A stretch of 61,555 bases of DNA, filler included, from an uncultured bacterium (GTDB lineage Bacteria; Auribacterota; CAZIXI01), in the NCBI GenBank assembly GCA_964543115.1. It is 6 parts of 6 records of this genome, joined end to end, with 100 filler letters (N's around TTAATTAATTAA, not from the genome) between each part and the next. Parts side by side here need not be neighbours in the genome. Positions count along the whole stretch, not along the records: positions 51,498 to 61,555 come from CAZIXI010000122.1; 5 more parts are not named here. One strand, written 5' to 3'. Positions 59,201 through 61,555 of the stretch are shown here, in pieces. Position 1 is the stretch's first letter. The number at the start of each line of letters is the position of its first letter. Under the pieces are notes generated by a model. That model ran no database searches. It had not been told where the DNA came from and was given only the letters and a program-made list of their open reading frames with translations. The position numbers and the translations under genes are program-made.

Positions 59201-61045
59201 ATACTAACCACTGATCCGACCGATACATTACATATTGTCAGCGGCACCGCGCAAAAAGGGCTTAGACTGGAAAATACTGCTAATATACTAGGGTCATATT
59301 TGACGTTTTATCACAATCTTGGATCACCGTCCGCAGGTAACAGGGTGGGCGAGGTAATTATGAACGGAAATAACAGTGCGGCGGAGGAGGAGTGGTATGG
59401 TTCAATGTACACGAGGATTGCGGATACCACAAATGGCAGTGAAGATGGTGATGTATACATAAATGCCAGGGTTGATGGAAATAATGGTGTAGGCAGGATT
59501 TTATTAACATCTAACGAGCTTCAATATATGAGTGATGCATCCACATCAACGCTAGAGCTTTACAATGATGCCGCTGATGGTGATCCTCTATTGTCTTTTA
59601 ATCTATCTTCAGATACTCCTGTGTTTACTTTTGGTGTGGATGACGGGGACAATGATACTTTAAAAATAGGCACAAGCGCCATCGGCACCAATACCATGCT
59701 GGCCCTGGATTCACGTACTACCACTTCCGGGGTATCGGCGCATACCTTAACCGGTATCGGTCCCACCATTGCCAGTGCTTCGGGGGCTGAATACACCAGT
59801 ATAACCATGACACCGCCGACAATAAACCTCACCGGCACAACCCAGGTAACCAGCCAGATGGATTCAGTAGTGGTTAATGCCCCGACTTTGGTAGGGGATA
59901 CGGCAACTTTAACCATAAACGATGCGGCAACCATGACCATTGCCGGCGCGCCGGTTGAATCAACCAATATCGCCCTCACCGATACATTCGGTCTGAAAAT
60001 AAATGCCGCAGCAGTGGGTAGTGCCACCAATTCTTATGGCTTGTATGTAGATGCGCCTACCGGAGCAACAAATAATTACGGCGCGGTTGTGGCCTCGGGA
60101 AATGTGGGTATAGGCACAGCTGCTCCGGAGGAGATGTTGCATATTGTTTCTGAATCTGATCCCACGTTGAAGATAGATCCGGGGAGTAATGACACGGTTG
60201 ATCCCATGTTATTCCTTGCCGATACATTTGCTGGTCCGGGGATGCAGATTAGGTATGACAATGATGTTGGTTCAACATATTTTGATAGTCTTTATGATCA
60301 TGCAGCCGGGGACATTCATTTCCGCACCAAGGTTTCGGGAACACCGGTAAATGCAATGACCATTGAGGCGGCGGGTCATGTTGGTATTGGAACATTGGTT
60401 CCGGATGGTTTTCAGGTAAATGCGGCTGTTCTTGAATCTGCGAGATCAGTGGATAATGTTCGTTTGGGAATTGTCGCTGATACACCAAGGATAATTTTTG
60501 AGGATAGTGCATCAGCAACCTTGTGGGAGATTGATAACTCAGGCGGAGTAATGCGGATCTTCAATCCGGGTGCAGTGCGTGCTCAATTAAGTACCACTAA
60601 GGCTCAGTTCAATCTAAGCGTTGGTATTGGTAAGGATCCTGATTATCAGTTGGAACTGTCCACAAATTCAGCGGGTAAGCCAACCAGTAATACTTGGGAA
60701 ATTGTTTCTGATAGACGGTTAAAAGCAAATATTGAACCGTTTACCGACGGTCTGGATACTATTTTACAAATAGATCCTGTCAGTTATAGCTTAAACGGAA
60801 AAGCAGGCAGGCCAAAAGGAGAAGAGGGGATCAGTGTGATAGCGCAGGATGTGATGGATGTTGTTCCTTATACTATCTCAACGTTCAAAGAAAAACTTGA
60901 ACCCGATGATGAAGAGGAGACGGAACTCTATAGCTTTGATTCCAGCGCGTTAACCTTTGTGCTTATTAATGCCGTAAAAGAGCTGAAAGCGGAAAACGAT
61001 GACTTAAGGGCCAGAATAACTGACCTGGAAAATATGATGCAATAG
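56267..61045 (+). CDS. 1592-aa secreted trimeric fibre/adhesin with C-terminal Peptidase_S74 (tail-fibre chaperone) domain
   Basis: Signal peptide, VPAKMNYQG N-domain, G/T/S/N/D-rich repeats, VGIG...LHIV shaft motifs, SDRRLKANI...IAQDV...INAVKELKAENDDLRARI. Confidence 0.88.
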   Translation: MKSLKQSIFLFGCALLFCFLFWYQPGAAEDVPAKMNYQGFVQSGGSAFSGEGGFKFAIVDSAGASSYWSNDGSSTAGGEPTAAVTVTVTDGVFSVILGNTELTNMTALDKTIFSNGESLYLRVWFDDGTSGFQQLSPDTELAATAYALNSDAFDNTIMPTLTMDSDNTEGGSNIRIIANQGSDENGEIRYNAATNQWEFSNNGGSFSAFSGGGSSGVTGPGTSTDNALARFDGSGGATLQNSGVTVDDSNNLTTAAQVQAEQLVSTDDADITDNLTAGDLTIDEAAGVLAFSGATSAKILTTNAGLNTLTLGGSGQTNNEDLTLDFETTANKVLVASSTGVTSVDYQTVNLETDALDLSGGNITSVGNIALNVVSSAANVAVAPGGNLNIQPDGDADDYTYFSTDSNAAQLFWEGYSANDPGLRVNTTSNEIEYRDENESGWTSLDTLAGGDVSAAANLTDNAIVRGDGGAKGVQASGVTIDDSDNISTSGTLGAGAATVTSLNNSEGNITNVGDIALDSISADASNIAVKPSGAINLQPSGDTDDYLTVTTTGNEPIIGTSGSCDLNVTSSANVVLDLAATNKVFLDGTTTRTGSTELLDIDATIDTSTATTDVTTVTLTPDRAAADTGGTRGVYANITGSGNMANGEWLYNYGGIYNTSDCATATANAAIFYAGSSTADAQCNDYGVYVESGYDTAGLFGGTLQTGLNGADGQLNIYSEQGGTDYSVTVNPHAAMTENVTYTLPAADATSNGQVLACTTGGALSWSDAGTGAGDVDGPGSSTDNAVVRFDGTGGKTLQNSGVTIDDSNNISTSGTLGAGAATVTSLNNSEGNITNVGDIALDSISADASNIAVTPSGAINLQPSGDTDDYLIVATASNVPTISTAGSSNLNITASGGTISFNDENLSTSGTLGAGAATVTSLNNSEGNITNVGDIALDSISEDDTGINVTLGAGAGNDFIVDTNVLVVEGDDNRVGILTTDPTDTLHIVSGTAQKGLRLENTANILGSYLTFYHNLGSPSAGNRVGEVIMNGNNSAAEEEWYGSMYTRIADTTNGSEDGDVYINARVDGNNGVGRILLTSNELQYMSDASTSTLELYNDAADGDPLLSFNLSSDTPVFTFGVDDGDNDTLKIGTSAIGTNTMLALDSRTTTSGVSAHTLTGIGPTIASASGAEYTSITMTPPTINLTGTTQVTSQMDSVVVNAPTLVGDTATLTINDAATMTIAGAPVESTNIALTDTFGLKINAAAVGSATNSYGLYVDAPTGATNNYGAVVASGNVGIGTAAPEEMLHIVSESDPTLKIDPGSNDTVDPMLFLADTFAGPGMQIRYDNDVGSTYFDSLYDHAAGDIHFRTKVSGTPVNAMTIEAAGHVGIGTLVPDGFQVNAAVLESARSVDNVRLGIVADTPRIIFEDSASATLWEIDNSGGVMRIFNPGAVRAQLSTTKAQFNLSVGIGKDPDYQLELSTNSAGKPTSNTWEIVSDRRLKANIEPFTDGLDTILQIDPVSYSLNGKAGRPKGEEGISVIAQDVMDVVPYTISTFKEKLEPDDEEETELYSFDSSALTFVLINAVKELKAENDDLRARITDLENMMQ

Positions 61046-61555
61046 CGCGATATAAATAGGAAATTATTAGCCTTTCTAAGATACTATTAGTAGTAGTAAC
61101 TACATAGTAAAATCCGCCCCTCCCGCAGATTGTCTGAAAATAATACATTTAAAAATGTTTGATATCTAGACATTTCATAAATAGACGAAATTTCATGCAA
61201 ATTCGCTTCCTGTAAGTGTTTATAAGAAAGGACATTACGCAGGAGGTCTTTCTGTTTGACAGATATGGCATAGAAAATGCTGTTTACTCATTTGTAAAAA
61301 GTTATGTTAAATAAAAAAATCAATTAACAATTTGTCATGTATCAAGTATCAAGAATCAAGAAGCTATTCATGGCTGAAAATAAATTATTTATATTTATTT
61401 ATTCTACTTTATAAAACAATAAATAATTTAAATTTGATTTTAACTATTTTAGTATTTTAGTTAATCTTTGATAAATAATAAAAGGAGGGGAGCATGAAAG
61501 ATGTACTTCCCCGCTTTAGTGGACAGTTTGAAGAGATGTAAAATACTGTTTCTCG

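Noticed and set aside
56267..61045. Prophage call based on the tail-fibre chaperone domain
   Set aside because: The protein has a Sec signal peptide, and no capsid, terminase or integrase gene is nearby.
61481..61541. Perfect SD followed by a 15-codon ORF (MKDVLPRFSGQFEEM), a possible leader peptide
   Set aside because: At the window edge with no downstream context, attenuator or regulatory codon run visible.

Overview
This window is not one continuous locus. It is six ~10 kb scaffolds joined by artificial 100-bp N44-TTAATTAATTAA-N44 linkers at 10328-10427, 20637-20736, 30943-31042, 41179-41278 and 51398-51497. The four complete scaffolds decrease in length (10209, 10206, 10136, 10119), so adjacency across a linker means nothing. 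The content suggests a metagenome-assembled anaerobic diderm bacterium resembling Omnitrophota/PVC candidate phyla (inference, not a taxonomic call). Scaffold 1: TPR-TolC-charged-tail protein, TPR protein, a tRNA-Leu with an unusual AAG anticodon, PilZ protein, psd-pssA, L,D-transpeptidase, accA, short ArgA-like GNAT. Scaffold 2: tandem giant mosaic proteins (glucan-synthase-like GT plus GHKL ATPase; a 1968-aa secreted NadD-like/Nudix/guanylate-kinase-like protein; a truncated kinase-like protein). Scaffold 3: surface proteins with WY[LF]AEG repeats, an AlaDH/CEOS-like plus ATP-grasp operon, an RluA gene carrying an in-frame palindromic insertion, nucleotide-sugar genes. Scaffold 4: folE-fhs-folD-metV-metF, rnc, CoiA-like, purine salvage genes. 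Scaffold 5: gspC-gspD, a frameshifted apbE, glycosyltransferases, and a secreted protein broken by a T9 tract. Scaffold 6: core-MetE plus cooC, an XRE-Fic gene split by a stop codon, and a WYFAEG protein plus a 1592-aa S74-chaperone fibre behind a sigma54-like promoter. Best leads: (i) an apparently unnamed REP-like family that has entered a coding sequence in frame; (ii) tRNA-Leu(AAG); (iii) giant secreted multi-enzyme proteins with shared terminal motifs, possibly T2SS cargo; (iv) the opine-synthase-like plus ATP-grasp pair. All family assignments are by-eye motif recognition; no searches were run.
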